Part shown: positions 48,140 to 58,098 of the stretch, one piece after another | Layout: each line of letters begins with the position of its first letter | How positions within the stretch are numbered: position 1 is the first letter of the stretch | Assembly (NCBI GenBank): GCA_016195025.1 | Contig: JACQAL010000036.1 | Location: 19,411-83,410, forward strand | Reading direction: 5' to 3' | DNA: 64,000 bases | From: Bacteroidota bacterium | GTDB lineage: Bacteria > Bacteroidota > Bacteroidia > Palsa-948 | Position numbers and translations under genes: made by a program | The notes under the pieces: generated by a model | What the model was told of the DNA's origin: nothing | The model's input: only the letters and a program-made list of their open reading frames with translations | The model's database searches: none

Positions 48140-48754
48140 CTATTCTTCTTCTATAATTTGTTTGTGTTTGTTGACGAGTTTATGTCCTTTGAGCGTGCAG
48201 ATACCATAAAGAAAATGTTCGAGCATGGCAAGCTGCACTTCCAGAATTTTAAATTTATCGGGCGGAAAAACATTCGGATTGAAACCCATTTCAATTTGCT
48301 CCACGCGAAGCCGGGCAAGAATTTTTGTACTAATCTCCTGCCGGATATATCCTTGTTTCATTCCGCGCACGAGCATATCTTCCACCATTGTTAAAATATT
48401 ATTTTCTCGGAATTCCTTAAATAATTTCCAGGATGGCGAATGATATTTTTGCAAATCGTAAATTAAATTCGGATTCATCTGGCTTATAACTTTTCCCAGG
48501 TGCTGCATTATGTTAAACATTTCTTCTATTACATTTTCAGATTCAGATGTGATGCGCCTGAAATTTTTTTGATCCATTTTCATTTTCATTTGCATCAGAG
48601 CGCGCACTACTGCATCTTTGTCCTTATAAAACCGGTAAATTGTTTTTTTGGAAATGGAAAGATGCTTCGCAATATCATCCATGGATACACTCCGGATTCC
48701 GTAGCGGAAAAAAAGTTCCTGCGCTGCCTGCAATATTCTTTCTTTTGCGTTCAT
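48140..48754 (-). CDS. TetR/AcrR family regulator of the efflux operon
   Basis: ERILQAAQELF..YG....MDDIAKHLSISKKTIYRFY..K; start taken at MNAKER. Confidence 0.93.
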   Translation of the reverse strand: MNAKERILQAAQELFFRYGIRSVSMDDIAKHLSISKKTIYRFYKDKDAVVRALMQMKMKMDQKNFRRITSESENVIEEMFNIMQHLGKVISQMNPNLIYDLQKYHSPSWKLFKEFRENNILTMVEDMLVRGMKQGYIRQEISTKILARLRVEQIEMGFNPNVFPPDKFKILEVQLAMLEHFLYGICTLKGHKLVNKHKQIIEEE

Positions 48755-48765
48755 AAAAAGAGCGA

Positions 48766-48801
48766 CAAAACTAAAGAAACTTTTAACATTTCCTAAGTTT
48801 C
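48766..48801 (-). promoter_or_regulatory. -7 box (TAGTTTTG) with adjacent candidate TetR operator GAAACTT-N12-AAGTTTC
   Basis: -7 box at 48766-48773; perfect 7-bp dyad at 48776-48801. Confidence 0.6.
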
Positions 48802-48935
48802 CTGAAAATATTTTTTGAATAATGAGATTTAAATTAAAAATTTGTGGCAAAAACTCCACATAACAGAAATTACGCACATACGGTTGCGAATCTCCCAAAA
48901 GTTTATTTTTGCCTGCTCGTTACCTTATATATTAT

Positions 48936-50306
48936 ATGAAGAGAACAAAAGTTGCAGAGTTGCTTAACAGCACCGACTTCGGAAAAGAAGTTACTGTAAT
49001 GGGCTGGGTGCGCACCAAGCGTGAAAGCAAGAGTATTGCATTTGTTGCAGTGAACGATGGCTCTACCATTCATAATATCCAGGCAGTAGTAGATATAAAT
49101 AATGAATCGCTGAAATTAATTTCTACCGGAGCGTGCGTTTCAATTACCGGAACTTTAGTTCAATCACAAGGCAAAGGACAAACCTCCGAAATACAAGCAA
49201 AAAAAATTGAAGTGTTTGGAACAGCCGATGAAAGTTTTCCGCTTCAGAAAAAAGGACACACGCTGGAATTTCTTAGAGAGATTGCACATTTACGTCCACG
49301 CACAAATACGTTTGGCGCGGTGCTTCGTGTTCGCCACGCGCTTGCTTACGGCATTCATAAATTTTTTAACGACAAGGGATTTTTTTATTTGAACTCCCCA
49401 ATCATTACGGGAAGCGATGCGGAAGGCGCAGGAGAAATGTTTCACGTAACAAATTTGAATCTGGAAAATCTTCCGAAGAAGGATGGCAAAATAAATTTTG
49501 AAGAAGATTTTTTTGGAAAGGAAACTAACTTAACCGTATCAGGACAATTGGAAGGAGAATGTGCCGCAACAGGAATTGGTTTGATATATACTTTCGGTCC
49601 CACTTTCCGAGCGGAAAATTCAAACACGCCTCGCCATCTCGCAGAATTCTGGATGATAGAACCTGAAATGGCGTTCTATGATATTCACGACAACATGGAT
49701 CTCGCGGAAGAGATGTTAAAATATTTGGTGAAGTACGCGCTTGAACATTGCATGGATGATTTGACTTTCCTGAACAACATGTACGATAAAGAACTTTTGA
49801 ATCGCCTGCACTCGGTGGCGAATTCAACCTTTAAAAGAATTACTTACACGGAAGGAATTGAAATTCTTGAAAAGTCAAAACAGAAATTTGAATTCCCTGT
49901 GAAATGGGGAATTGATCTGCAGCGCGAGCACGAAAGTTTTCTGGTGGAATATTTTAAAACGCCCGTCATCGTTACCGGATATCCAAAGGAAATCAAAGCA
50001 TTTTACATGAAGCAGAATGAAGATGGAAAAACAGTTCGCGCGATGGATGTTTTATTTCCGTATGTAGGAGAAATAATTGGCGGCTCGCAGCGCGAAGAAA
50101 ATTATGACAAACTTTATTCGAGAATAAAAGAACTCGGAATAAAAGAAGAAACATTGTGGTGGTATCTCGAACTCAGAAAATTCGGAACCTGCCCGCACGC
50201 GGGATTTGGTTTGGGATTAGAGCGATTGGTTTTGTTTGTAACCGGAATGCAAAATGTGCGCGATGTAATTCCATTTCCGCGCACGCCTAAGAATGCAGAG
50301 TTCTAA
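48936..50306 (+). CDS. asnS: Asparagine--tRNA ligase
   Basis: [40 protein letters not shown]. Confidence 0.97.
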   Translation: MKRTKVAELLNSTDFGKEVTVMGWVRTKRESKSIAFVAVNDGSTIHNIQAVVDINNESLKLISTGACVSITGTLVQSQGKGQTSEIQAKKIEVFGTADESFPLQKKGHTLEFLREIAHLRPRTNTFGAVLRVRHALAYGIHKFFNDKGFFYLNSPIITGSDAEGAGEMFHVTNLNLENLPKKDGKINFEEDFFGKETNLTVSGQLEGECAATGIGLIYTFGPTFRAENSNTPRHLAEFWMIEPEMAFYDIHDNMDLAEEMLKYLVKYALEHCMDDLTFLNNMYDKELLNRLHSVANSTFKRITYTEGIEILEKSKQKFEFPVKWGIDLQREHESFLVEYFKTPVIVTGYPKEIKAFYMKQNEDGKTVRAMDVLFPYVGEIIGGSQREENYDKLYSRIKELGIKEETLWWYLELRKFGTCPHAGFGLGLERLVLFVTGMQNVRDVIPFPRTPKNAEF

Positions 50307-50340
50307 TTTCGTAAATTCGTAATGATTCGTTATCCGTACC

Positions 50341-51831
50341 ATGCTTAAGCAGACCTTACAACAAAAACTTCTTCTGAAACTTTCACCTGCGCAAATTCAG
50401 TTGATGAAACTGCTGCAACTTCCTATTACTTCGCTCGAGCAGCGCATTAAAGACGAAATGGAAATCAACCCTGCGCTGGAAGATTCTTCTGTGGAAGAAA
50501 TTAAAGAAGAAAAAGAGGAAGAAGAGTTGAGTGATGAGGAACGCGAAGAGAAAGAAGAAAAAGAAAAGGAAGATGAAGAACGAAATGCACAGGAAGATTT
50601 TTCTCCGGAAGATTATTTAGACGATGATGACGAGATTTCCTACTATAAACTTCAGGTTAACAATAAAGGAAAAGACGATGAAGATAAAAGCATGCCGATG
50701 GCTTCATCGGTGAGTTTTCAGGAAACGCTTTTCAGTCAGTTGGAAAATCTGGAGATGAATGAGCGCGAGCGAATGATTGCCGAATATCTTCTTGGCTGCA
50801 TTGATGAGGATGGATATTTGCGCAGAGATATTTCTTCAATTGTGGACGACATGGCATTTTCGCAAAACATTACAACTTCAGCAGAAGAACTCCAATCGGT
50901 TTTGAAAATGATTCAGGATGAATTTGAACCGGCAGGAATTGGCGGAAGAAATTTGCAGGAATGTTTGAAACTTCAGATTGAAAGAAAGAAATGGAATGAA
51001 ACGCGCGCGTTTGCCTTGCGAATCATCGAAGAGCAGATAGATGAGTTTTCAAAAAAGCATTACAAAAAAATTGCGGACTATTTTCAACTGAAAGAAGACG
51101 ATGCAAAACTTAAAGAAGCACTCGATGAAATTTTAAAACTCAATCCGCGTCCGGGCGGTTCGGCTAAAGAATCCGGTCGAACGATGCTTGAAATTATTCC
51201 CGACTTTCTTCTTTATAATAATAATGGAACGCTCGAGCTTTCATTGAATAGCCGCAATGCGCCCGATTTGCGCATCAGCAATGTATATCAGCAAATGCTG
51301 AATGAATATGGGCAGCGCACAGATAAAACGGGAACAGAAGCCGCGCAGTTTGTGAAACAAAAAATTGAAGGCGCAAAACAATTCATAAATAATTTGAAAG
51401 AAAGGCAAAATACTCTTGCCAGCATTATGAATGCAATTCTCGAATACCAGAAAGATTATTTTCTCACAGGCGATGAACTTTTGCTCAAGCCGATGATATT
51501 AAAAGATATTGCCGACAGAGTGAAACTCGATATATCAACCATTTCACGTGTGACGAGTACAAAATATGTGCAGACAAATTTCGGAACCATTCTTTTGAAA
51601 TCTCTTTTCAACGAAGCCATTTCTACCGAAGAAGGCGAAGACATTTCTTCCAAGAGAGTAAAAAAAATAATTTCTGACGCCATTGAAGCCGAAGACAAAC
51701 ACAAACCGCTCACCGATGAAGCCCTTATGCAGATTCTGAAAAAACAAAGTTTTGTCATAGCGAGAAGAACAGTAGCAAAGTATCGCGAAATGCTCGATAT
51801 TCCTGTGGCAAGGATGCGAAAAAAGTTGTGA
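50341..51831 (+). CDS. rpoN: RNA polymerase sigma-54 factor
   Basis: Gln/Leu-rich region I, ISTISR HTH, RpoN box ARRTVAKYRE. Confidence 0.97.
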   Translation: MLKQTLQQKLLLKLSPAQIQLMKLLQLPITSLEQRIKDEMEINPALEDSSVEEIKEEKEEEELSDEEREEKEEKEKEDEERNAQEDFSPEDYLDDDDEISYYKLQVNNKGKDDEDKSMPMASSVSFQETLFSQLENLEMNERERMIAEYLLGCIDEDGYLRRDISSIVDDMAFSQNITTSAEELQSVLKMIQDEFEPAGIGGRNLQECLKLQIERKKWNETRAFALRIIEEQIDEFSKKHYKKIADYFQLKEDDAKLKEALDEILKLNPRPGGSAKESGRTMLEIIPDFLLYNNNGTLELSLNSRNAPDLRISNVYQQMLNEYGQRTDKTGTEAAQFVKQKIEGAKQFINNLKERQNTLASIMNAILEYQKDYFLTGDELLLKPMILKDIADRVKLDISTISRVTSTKYVQTNFGTILLKSLFNEAISTEEGEDISSKRVKKIISDAIEAEDKHKPLTDEALMQILKKQSFVIARRTVAKYREMLDIPVARMRKKL

Positions 51832-51903
51832 AATTTTTTTCTTGCACAGTTTATTTATATTTATACCTTTAATATCCTCAATAATTAACTAAACTTTTTC
51901 CCC

Positions 51904-52362
51904 ATGAAAGTAAAATTACTCGCCCTCATCGCCCTCATCGCCACCGCAAGCATTACAATTATTTTCAGTTGCAAAAAGAAAACTGACGATACGCAAAACA
52001 CTACAACCACTACTCCCACTGCTTCGAGCAGCAATTGGGCGGGTTCGTGGAAAACAACAGACCAATGTCCTACTTCTTCCACCTATACTTTAACGATTAC
52101 TGCTTCCGGTTCTTCTTTAACATTAAAAGGTCTTTTTCATGGCTGTTTTCTTTCTGTGAGCGCAACTGCATCAGGAAATAATTTTACTATTCCTTCTCAA
52201 ACTTTTAATAGTTCTTCGCAAAGCATTTGCGGATATCCTTATACAGTAAGTGGCTCTGGATCAATCAGCGGAAGTTCTCTTAACGCACTTAGTTTTAGTT
52301 TTACTGTAAAAGATAGTTCCGGAAATACCACCAGTTGCACTTCGAGTTCAACCAAATTGTAA
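51904..52362 (+). CDS. Ser/Thr-rich hypothetical lipoprotein
   Basis: Lipobox IFSC, Thr linker, four further Cys. Confidence 0.75.
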   Translation: MKVKLLALIALIATASITIIFSCKKKTDDTQNTTTTTPTASSSNWAGSWKTTDQCPTSSTYTLTITASGSSLTLKGLFHGCFLSVSATASGNNFTIPSQTFNSSSQSICGYPYTVSGSGSISGSSLNALSFSFTVKDSSGNTTSCTSSSTKL

Positions 52363-52368
52363 CTAAGG

Positions 52369-52977
52369 TTGAAAGGAGATTTTTTATTTGCAAAAGTTAT
52401 TTCCTATTGTTTTCATCCCTTATTACTGCCAGTAATTGGTTTGTTTTTTATTTTTAACATCAATGATGCATCGCTTTGGATTTCGGATGAGCTGAAATTA
52501 TTTTTATATGCAGTTACTTTTACTGCTACATTTCTTCTTCCTTTACTTAGTGCATTTCTTCTTCTTCAGTTGAAAATTATTTCTTCACTTGAAATGAAAA
52601 CCCGGCAGGAAAGAAAAATTCCTTATCTCGTTGCCGCTGTTTTTTATTTTGCAGAATCTTATTTTCTTCTGAAAACAGATGCACCCATTCTCATTAAAGC
52701 GCTGATGTTTGGCGCAACGCTTCTTGTTGCATCCGTTTTATTCATAAATCTCTTCTGGAAAATTTCCGCGCACATGGTTGGCATAGGAGGATTAATCGGA
52801 ATGCTCATTGCCATTTCGTATCGCTTGCAAATAAGCTTACACTTAATTTCAATTTCTCTTTTTCTCATAGCAGGATTAGTAGGTTTTTCACGGCTGAAAC
52901 TTTCAGCGCACAATCCTGCCGAAGTGTATATTGGTTTTCTTTTGGGCATTGGGGTGCAGTTAATTCTTTTTTTGTGA
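52369..52977 (+). CDS. PAP2-like integral membrane protein
   Basis: FHPLLLP, WKISAHM.G.GG, SRLKLSAH...EV. Confidence 0.8.
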   Translation: MKGDFLFAKVISYCFHPLLLPVIGLFFIFNINDASLWISDELKLFLYAVTFTATFLLPLLSAFLLLQLKIISSLEMKTRQERKIPYLVAAVFYFAESYFLLKTDAPILIKALMFGATLLVASVLFINLFWKISAHMVGIGGLIGMLIAISYRLQISLHLISISLFLIAGLVGFSRLKLSAHNPAEVYIGFLLGIGVQLILFL

Positions 52978-53048
52978 AAGAAAAGTTACAAAAAAAGTTT
53001 CCTTCAATTATTTTTCTTCTGATATTCGCCTTCTGAATTTTTAGAACA

Positions 53049-53741
53049 ATGTTCGCTATGGCAACTACGAAAACCGCAACGTCTGAATTTATTATTCAGC
53101 CGGCAGATTCATCGCATTTTCATTATGCGGAAGAAATCTGCACCCACTACGAAGAAAGCGCCAAGCAGCGCGGAACCGGAATTGCCAAGCGCACACCGGA
53201 ATACGTGACAGAAAAAATGCGCGAGGGCAAAGCAATCATCGCGATTCACCGTGACAGAAGATTTGCGGGCTTCAGTTATATTGAAACATGGTCGCACGGA
53301 AATTATGTGGCGAACTCGGGACTGATTGTAAATCCTGCTTTCCGAATGCACGGGCTTGGCTCTCAAATCAAGAAAGCAATTTTTGAACTCTCGAAGAAAA
53401 AATATCCGCGCGCAAAAATTTTTGGAATCACCACCAGTATGGCTGTCCTGAAAATGAATTCTGATTTGGGATATCGTCCCGTAGTTTTTTCTGAACTAAC
53501 TCAAGATGATGAATTCTGGAAGGGCTGTCAGAGCTGTCCGAACTTTGATATTCTCACGCGCAACAGCCGCAAGATGTGTTTGTGCACGGGAATGTTGTAT
53601 GACCCCGCGCAGAATGAAGGGAAAAAATTCGAAATCAGAAAACAACTTGCAAAGTTTGAACGTTGGCTGAGAATGAAACAATACATACTGCTGAAAAAAT
53701 TTCGAAGTGATAATTCAGAAAACGGAAGCAATTCCCAATAA
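53049..53741 (+). CDS. GNAT acyltransferase, Bacteroidota N-acylglutamate synthase (ArgA role)
   Basis: GTGIAKR, VANSGLIV, FWKGCQSC.N...CLCT; first gene of the arg cluster. Confidence 0.85.
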   Translation: MFAMATTKTATSEFIIQPADSSHFHYAEEICTHYEESAKQRGTGIAKRTPEYVTEKMREGKAIIAIHRDRRFAGFSYIETWSHGNYVANSGLIVNPAFRMHGLGSQIKKAIFELSKKKYPRAKIFGITTSMAVLKMNSDLGYRPVVFSELTQDDEFWKGCQSCPNFDILTRNSRKMCLCTGMLYDPAQNEGKKFEIRKQLAKFERWLRMKQYILLKKFRSDNSENGSNSQ

Positions 53742-53742
53742 G

Positions 53743-53824
53743 CATGGAAGATTGGATGACCGGATGGTTGGATGATTTTTGGCTGTTAAACATTCTTCCA
53801 ATCATCCACTCTTCCATCCTTCCT
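53743..53824. repeat. Inverted octamer arrays (nnTGGATG units facing nnTCCAnn units)
   Basis: atggaagattggatgaccggatggttggatgatt...ttcttccaatcatccactcttccatccttcc. Confidence 0.7.
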
Positions 53825-53831
53825 TACAACT

Positions 53832-55037
53832 ATGAAAACAAATCCTAAAAAAACTGTTCTGCTTGCATTCAGCGGAGGGCTGGATACAACCTATTGCGCA
53901 ATTTATTTAGCGCAGGAAAAAAATCTTGAAGTTCATACTGCCATTGTGAACACGGGCGGATTTTCTTCAGACGAATTAAAAAAAATTGAGAAGCACGCAT
54001 ATTCGCTCGGAATAAAAAAACATTACACGCTGGATGAAACTTCTTCTTATTATAATGAATGCATTCGCTTTTTAATTTATGGGAATGTTCTGCGCGGGGG
54101 AGTTTATCCGCTTTCTGTTTCTGCTGAAAGAGTTTTTCAGTCAAAGGCAATTGCATTGCAGGCGAAAAAAATAAAAGCTGATTTTATTGCGCACGGAAGC
54201 ACTGGCGCAGGCAATGACCAGGTGAGGTTTGATGTCATCTTCAATATTCTCATTCCGGAAATAAAAATTCTTACTCCTATCCGTGAATTAAAACTTTCGC
54301 GCGAGGAAGAAATAAATTTCCTGAAGGAGAACGGAGTTAAAATGAATTTTGAGAAAGCGCTTTACTCGATCAACAAAGGTTTGTGGGGAACAAGTGTGGG
54401 TGGAAAAGAAACACTCACTTCTGATAAATCTCTTCCCGAAGAAGCATTCCCAACGCAGCTTTCAAAAACAAAAGAAGAGGAACTGGAAATAGGTTTTGCA
54501 AAAGGAGAAGTTAAAAGCGTGAATGGAAAAAAATATTCCGATTCGGTTTCTGCTATACAAAAAATTTCTGAAATCGCTTCTGCATTCGCGATCGGGCGCG
54601 ACATTCACATTGGCGATACGATTATAGGAATAAAAGGAAGAGTAGGTTTTGAAGCGGCAGCTCCGCTCATTATTATCAAGGCGCACGCAACTTTGGAAAA
54701 ACATACGCTCACAAAATGGCAATCGCACTGGAAAGAGCAAATGGGAAATTGGTACGGAATGATGCTGCACGAAGGACAATTTCTCGAACCTGTTATGCGC
54801 AACGTAGAAACTTTTATGGAAGGCACGCAGAAAAATGTAACGGGCACTGTGAAAGTTTTGCTTGCGCCTTACCGCTTCAGCATTATCGGAATAAATTCAA
54901 AATATGATTTGATGTCTTCGAAGTTTGGAAAATACGGAGAGATGAATAATGCGTGGAGCGGGGAAGATGTGAAAGGATTTTCAAAAATTATTTCTAACCA
55001 GACGATGATTTATCATAGGGTAAATGAAAAAGAATAG
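53832..55037 (+). CDS. argG: Argininosuccinate synthase
   Basis: LAFSGGLDT, AHGSTGAGNDQVRF, GIKGR. Confidence 0.96.
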   Translation: MKTNPKKTVLLAFSGGLDTTYCAIYLAQEKNLEVHTAIVNTGGFSSDELKKIEKHAYSLGIKKHYTLDETSSYYNECIRFLIYGNVLRGGVYPLSVSAERVFQSKAIALQAKKIKADFIAHGSTGAGNDQVRFDVIFNILIPEIKILTPIRELKLSREEEINFLKENGVKMNFEKALYSINKGLWGTSVGGKETLTSDKSLPEEAFPTQLSKTKEEELEIGFAKGEVKSVNGKKYSDSVSAIQKISEIASAFAIGRDIHIGDTIIGIKGRVGFEAAAPLIIIKAHATLEKHTLTKWQSHWKEQMGNWYGMMLHEGQFLEPVMRNVETFMEGTQKNVTGTVKVLLAPYRFSIIGINSKYDLMSSKFGKYGEMNNAWSGEDVKGFSKIISNQTMIYHRVNEKE

Positions 55038-55998
55038 TTCTATAAAAGTTGGAATTGCGGGTGGAGCGGGTTATACAGGCGGAGAACTGATTCGGATTTT
55101 GTTAAATCATCCGAAAGCAGAAATTATTTTCGTTCACAGCAAAAGCAATGCAGGAAATCTTTTAAGCGATGCGCACACAGATCTGCTCGGAGAAACTGAA
55201 ATGAAATTTTCTTCATCGCTTTCAAAAGATATTGATGTTTTATTTTTATGCCTTGGACACGGAGAGTCAGTAAAATTTCTTTCAGCAAATAAAATTAGTG
55301 ACAAGATTAAGGTTATTGATTTGAGTCAGGATTTTCGCCTGAACTCAAAAGATTTTGTTTATGGTTTGCCGGAATTGCAGAGAGAAAAAATAAAAACCGC
55401 AAACAACATTGCAAACCCTGGTTGCTTCGCCACTGCAATTCAACTTGCGCTGCTTCCGCTTGCTGATAAAAAACTTTTGAATGATGAAGTGCACGTAAGC
55501 GCAGTTACGGGCTCAACAGGCGCAGGGCAATCGCTTTCCGCTACTAATCATTTTACTTGGAGAAATAATAATATTTCTATTTACAAAGCATTCACGCATC
55601 AGCATCTGGGAGAAATTACTCACAGCATAAAGCAATTGCAAAAGATTTTTTCATCTGACATTAATTTCATTCCTTACAGAGGAAATTTTGCCAGAGGAAT
55701 TCTGGCTTCTGTATATGTCAACTCGAAATTATCTATTTATGAAGCAAAAAAGCTTTACAAGGATTTCTATAAGGCACATCCGTTCGTTTTTATTTCAGAA
55801 AAAAATCCTGATGTGAAGCAAGTGGTGAATACTAATAAATGCATTCTCTATCTTGAAAAATACGGAGACAAATTATTTATTCAAAGCGTGATTGATAATT
55901 TAACGAAAGGTGCTTCCGGGCAAGCAGTTCAGAATATGAATTTGATTTTTGGATTGGATGAAACTACTGGATTAAAATTAAAACCGTCAGCATTCTGA
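55024..55998 (+). CDS. argC: N-acetyl(acyl)-gamma-glutamyl-phosphate reductase
   Basis: GGAGYTG, ANPGCFAT, DNLTKGASGQAVQNMN. Confidence 0.96.
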   Translation: MKKNSSIKVGIAGGAGYTGGELIRILLNHPKAEIIFVHSKSNAGNLLSDAHTDLLGETEMKFSSSLSKDIDVLFLCLGHGESVKFLSANKISDKIKVIDLSQDFRLNSKDFVYGLPELQREKIKTANNIANPGCFATAIQLALLPLADKKLLNDEVHVSAVTGSTGAGQSLSATNHFTWRNNNISIYKAFTHQHLGEITHSIKQLQKIFSSDINFIPYRGNFARGILASVYVNSKLSIYEAKKLYKDFYKAHPFVFISEKNPDVKQVVNTNKCILYLEKYGDKLFIQSVIDNLTKGASGQAVQNMNLIFGLDETTGLKLKPSAF

Positions 55999-57137
55999 TG
56001 AAAACATTTGACGTATATCCGCTTCTCGATGTTGAGCCGGTAAAGGCGCTCGGTTGCTGGCTCTGGGATAAAAGCGGAAATAAATATTTGGATTTATATG
56101 GCGGACACGCGGTAATTTCTATCGGGCATTCCCATCCTTATTATGTAAGGAAAATTGAAGAGCAGTTAGAGAAGATTGGTTTTTATTCTAACTCAATTCG
56201 CATTCCGATTCAAGATGAACTCGCACAAAAACTTGGAGAACTTTCCAGCTATGCGGATTATAATTTATTTCTCTGCAACAGCGGTGCGGAAGCGAATGAG
56301 AATGCGTTTAAACTTGCTTCATTCTACAACGGAAGAAAAAAAATTATTGCGTTCAGCAAATCATTTCACGGCAGAACTTCGCTTGCGGTTGCTTCAACGG
56401 ATAACAAATCCATTATCGCGCCTGTGAATGAAATCGAAAATATTTTATTTCTTCCTTTCAATGACGCAACCGCTTTTGAAAATTCAATGAACGATTCCGT
56501 TTGCGCTGTGATTATTGAAGGAATGCAGGGAGTGGGAGGCGTGAATGTTCCAACGGATTCTTTTTTACAGAAAGCAAAATCACTCTGCGAAAAATATAAT
56601 TCGGTTTTGATTCTGGATGAAGTGCAGAGCGGTTACGGCAGAAGCGGAAAATTTTTCGCGCACCAGTATTCAGGAATCAAACCGGATATTATCACCACGG
56701 CAAAAGGAATGGGCAATGGTTTTCCCATAGGAGGAATTCTCATCAGTCCGAAATTCCAGGCGAAGCATCACCAACTCGGAACAACTTTCGGAGGTAATCA
56801 TCTTGCTTGCGCTGCCGCGATTGCTGTGCTCGATGTTATCAAAAACGAAAAGCTGATGATGAATGCAAAAGCGATTGGAGATTATTTAATTTCTTGTCTG
56901 AAAAAAATTAACGGAGTGAAAGAAGTTCGCGGAAGAGGTTTGATGATTGGCATTGAACTGGAATTTCCCTGCGAACAAATCAGGAATGAACTAATCTTCA
57001 CACATAAAATTTTTACCGGCTCTTCTTCCAATAAAAATACCATCCGCATTCTTCCTCCGCTTTCACTTTCAAAAGAGGAAGCGGAAATTTTCCTTCACGC
57101 ATTTGCTGCAGTGATGAAAAAATCTCTTGTCAAATAG
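55998..57137 (+). CDS. argD: Acetyl/succinyl-ornithine aminotransferase (class III)
   Basis: NSGAEANE, FHGRT, DEVQSG.GR.G, AKGMGNGFP. Confidence 0.93.
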   Translation: MKTFDVYPLLDVEPVKALGCWLWDKSGNKYLDLYGGHAVISIGHSHPYYVRKIEEQLEKIGFYSNSIRIPIQDELAQKLGELSSYADYNLFLCNSGAEANENAFKLASFYNGRKKIIAFSKSFHGRTSLAVASTDNKSIIAPVNEIENILFLPFNDATAFENSMNDSVCAVIIEGMQGVGGVNVPTDSFLQKAKSLCEKYNSVLILDEVQSGYGRSGKFFAHQYSGIKPDIITTAKGMGNGFPIGGILISPKFQAKHHQLGTTFGGNHLACAAAIAVLDVIKNEKLMMNAKAIGDYLISCLKKINGVKEVRGRGLMIGIELEFPCEQIRNELIFTHKIFTGSSSNKNTIRILPPLSLSKEEAEIFLHAFAAVMKKSLVK

Positions 57138-57138
57138 A

Positions 57139-58098
57139 ATGAAGAAATTCACTTCTGTTGATGACGTGCTGAATATTAATCAGCTTGTACTTGAAGCGCT
57201 GGTTGAAAAAAAATTTCCTTTTGCAAATAAAGAATTTGGAAAAAACAAAACTCTCGGGTTAATTTTTCTGAACCCGAGTTTGCGTACGCGGCTCAGCACA
57301 CAGCGTGCCGCGCAAAATCTTGGGATGGATGTCATCGTGATTAACCTTGACAAAGAAGGATGGAATATTGAAACGAAAGATGGCGTTGTGATGGACGGCT
57401 CTGCGGCAGAGCATATAAAGGAAGCGGCTGCCGTCATCGGTCAGTATTGCGATGTCATTGGTGTGCGTTCGTTTCCAAAATTTCATAGCAGAGAGGAAGA
57501 TTACAGTGAAGAGACATTAAAAAAATTTCTTCAGCATTCCGGAGTTCCGGTAATCAGTTTGGAATCTGCAACGCTTCATCCGTTTCAGTCGCTGGCGGAT
57601 TTAATTACGATTAATGAAGTTTGGAAACAGAAAGTGGAAAATAAAAAACCAAAAGTTGTTTTATCCTGGGCGCCTCATCCAAAAATTCTTCCTCAGGCGG
57701 TTCCAAACTCCTTTGCTCAATGGATGTTGAAAACCGATTTTGATTTTGTCATCACGAATCCGCGCGGCTATGAACTCGCAGATGAATTTACAAAAGGCGC
57801 AAAAATTATTTACAATCAGGATGAAGCATTTAAGGGAGCAGATTTTATTTACGCGAAGAACTGGTCTTCCTATAGAGAATATGGAAAAATTTTATCGCAG
57901 GATAAAGAATGGACAATCACAAATAAAAAAATGTCGCTTACGAATAACGGAAAATTTATGCATTGCCTTCCCGTGCGAAGAAACGTGATTGTATCTGATG
58001 AAGTGCTGGACGGGAAAAATTCGGTAGTGATTCAGCAGGCAGGAAACAGAATCTGGTCGGCACAAGTTGTGCTGAAAAAAATCCTTCAGAGTTTGTGA
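57139..58098 (+). CDS. argF: N-acylornithine carbamoyltransferase (ArgF'), probably N-succinylornithine specific
   Basis: SLRT, HPFQ, WAPHPK.LP, HCLPVRR motifs of the AOTCase/SOTCase branch. Confidence 0.9.
   Translation: MKKFTSVDDVLNINQLVLEALVEKKFPFANKEFGKNKTLGLIFLNPSLRTRLSTQRAAQNLGMDVIVINLDKEGWNIETKDGVVMDGSAAEHIKEAAAVIGQYCDVIGVRSFPKFHSREEDYSEETLKKFLQHSGVPVISLESATLHPFQSLADLITINEVWKQKVENKKPKVVLSWAPHPKILPQAVPNSFAQWMLKTDFDFVITNPRGYELADEFTKGAKIIYNQDEAFKGADFIYAKNWSSYREYGKILSQDKEWTITNKKMSLTNNGKFMHCLPVRRNVIVSDEVLDGKNSVVIQQAGNRIWSAQVVLKKILQSL

Noticed and set aside
52978-53831. Arg-rich leader peptide or ARG boxes for the arg operon
   Set aside because: None found by eye; the GNAT-argG spacer is an octamer inverted repeat
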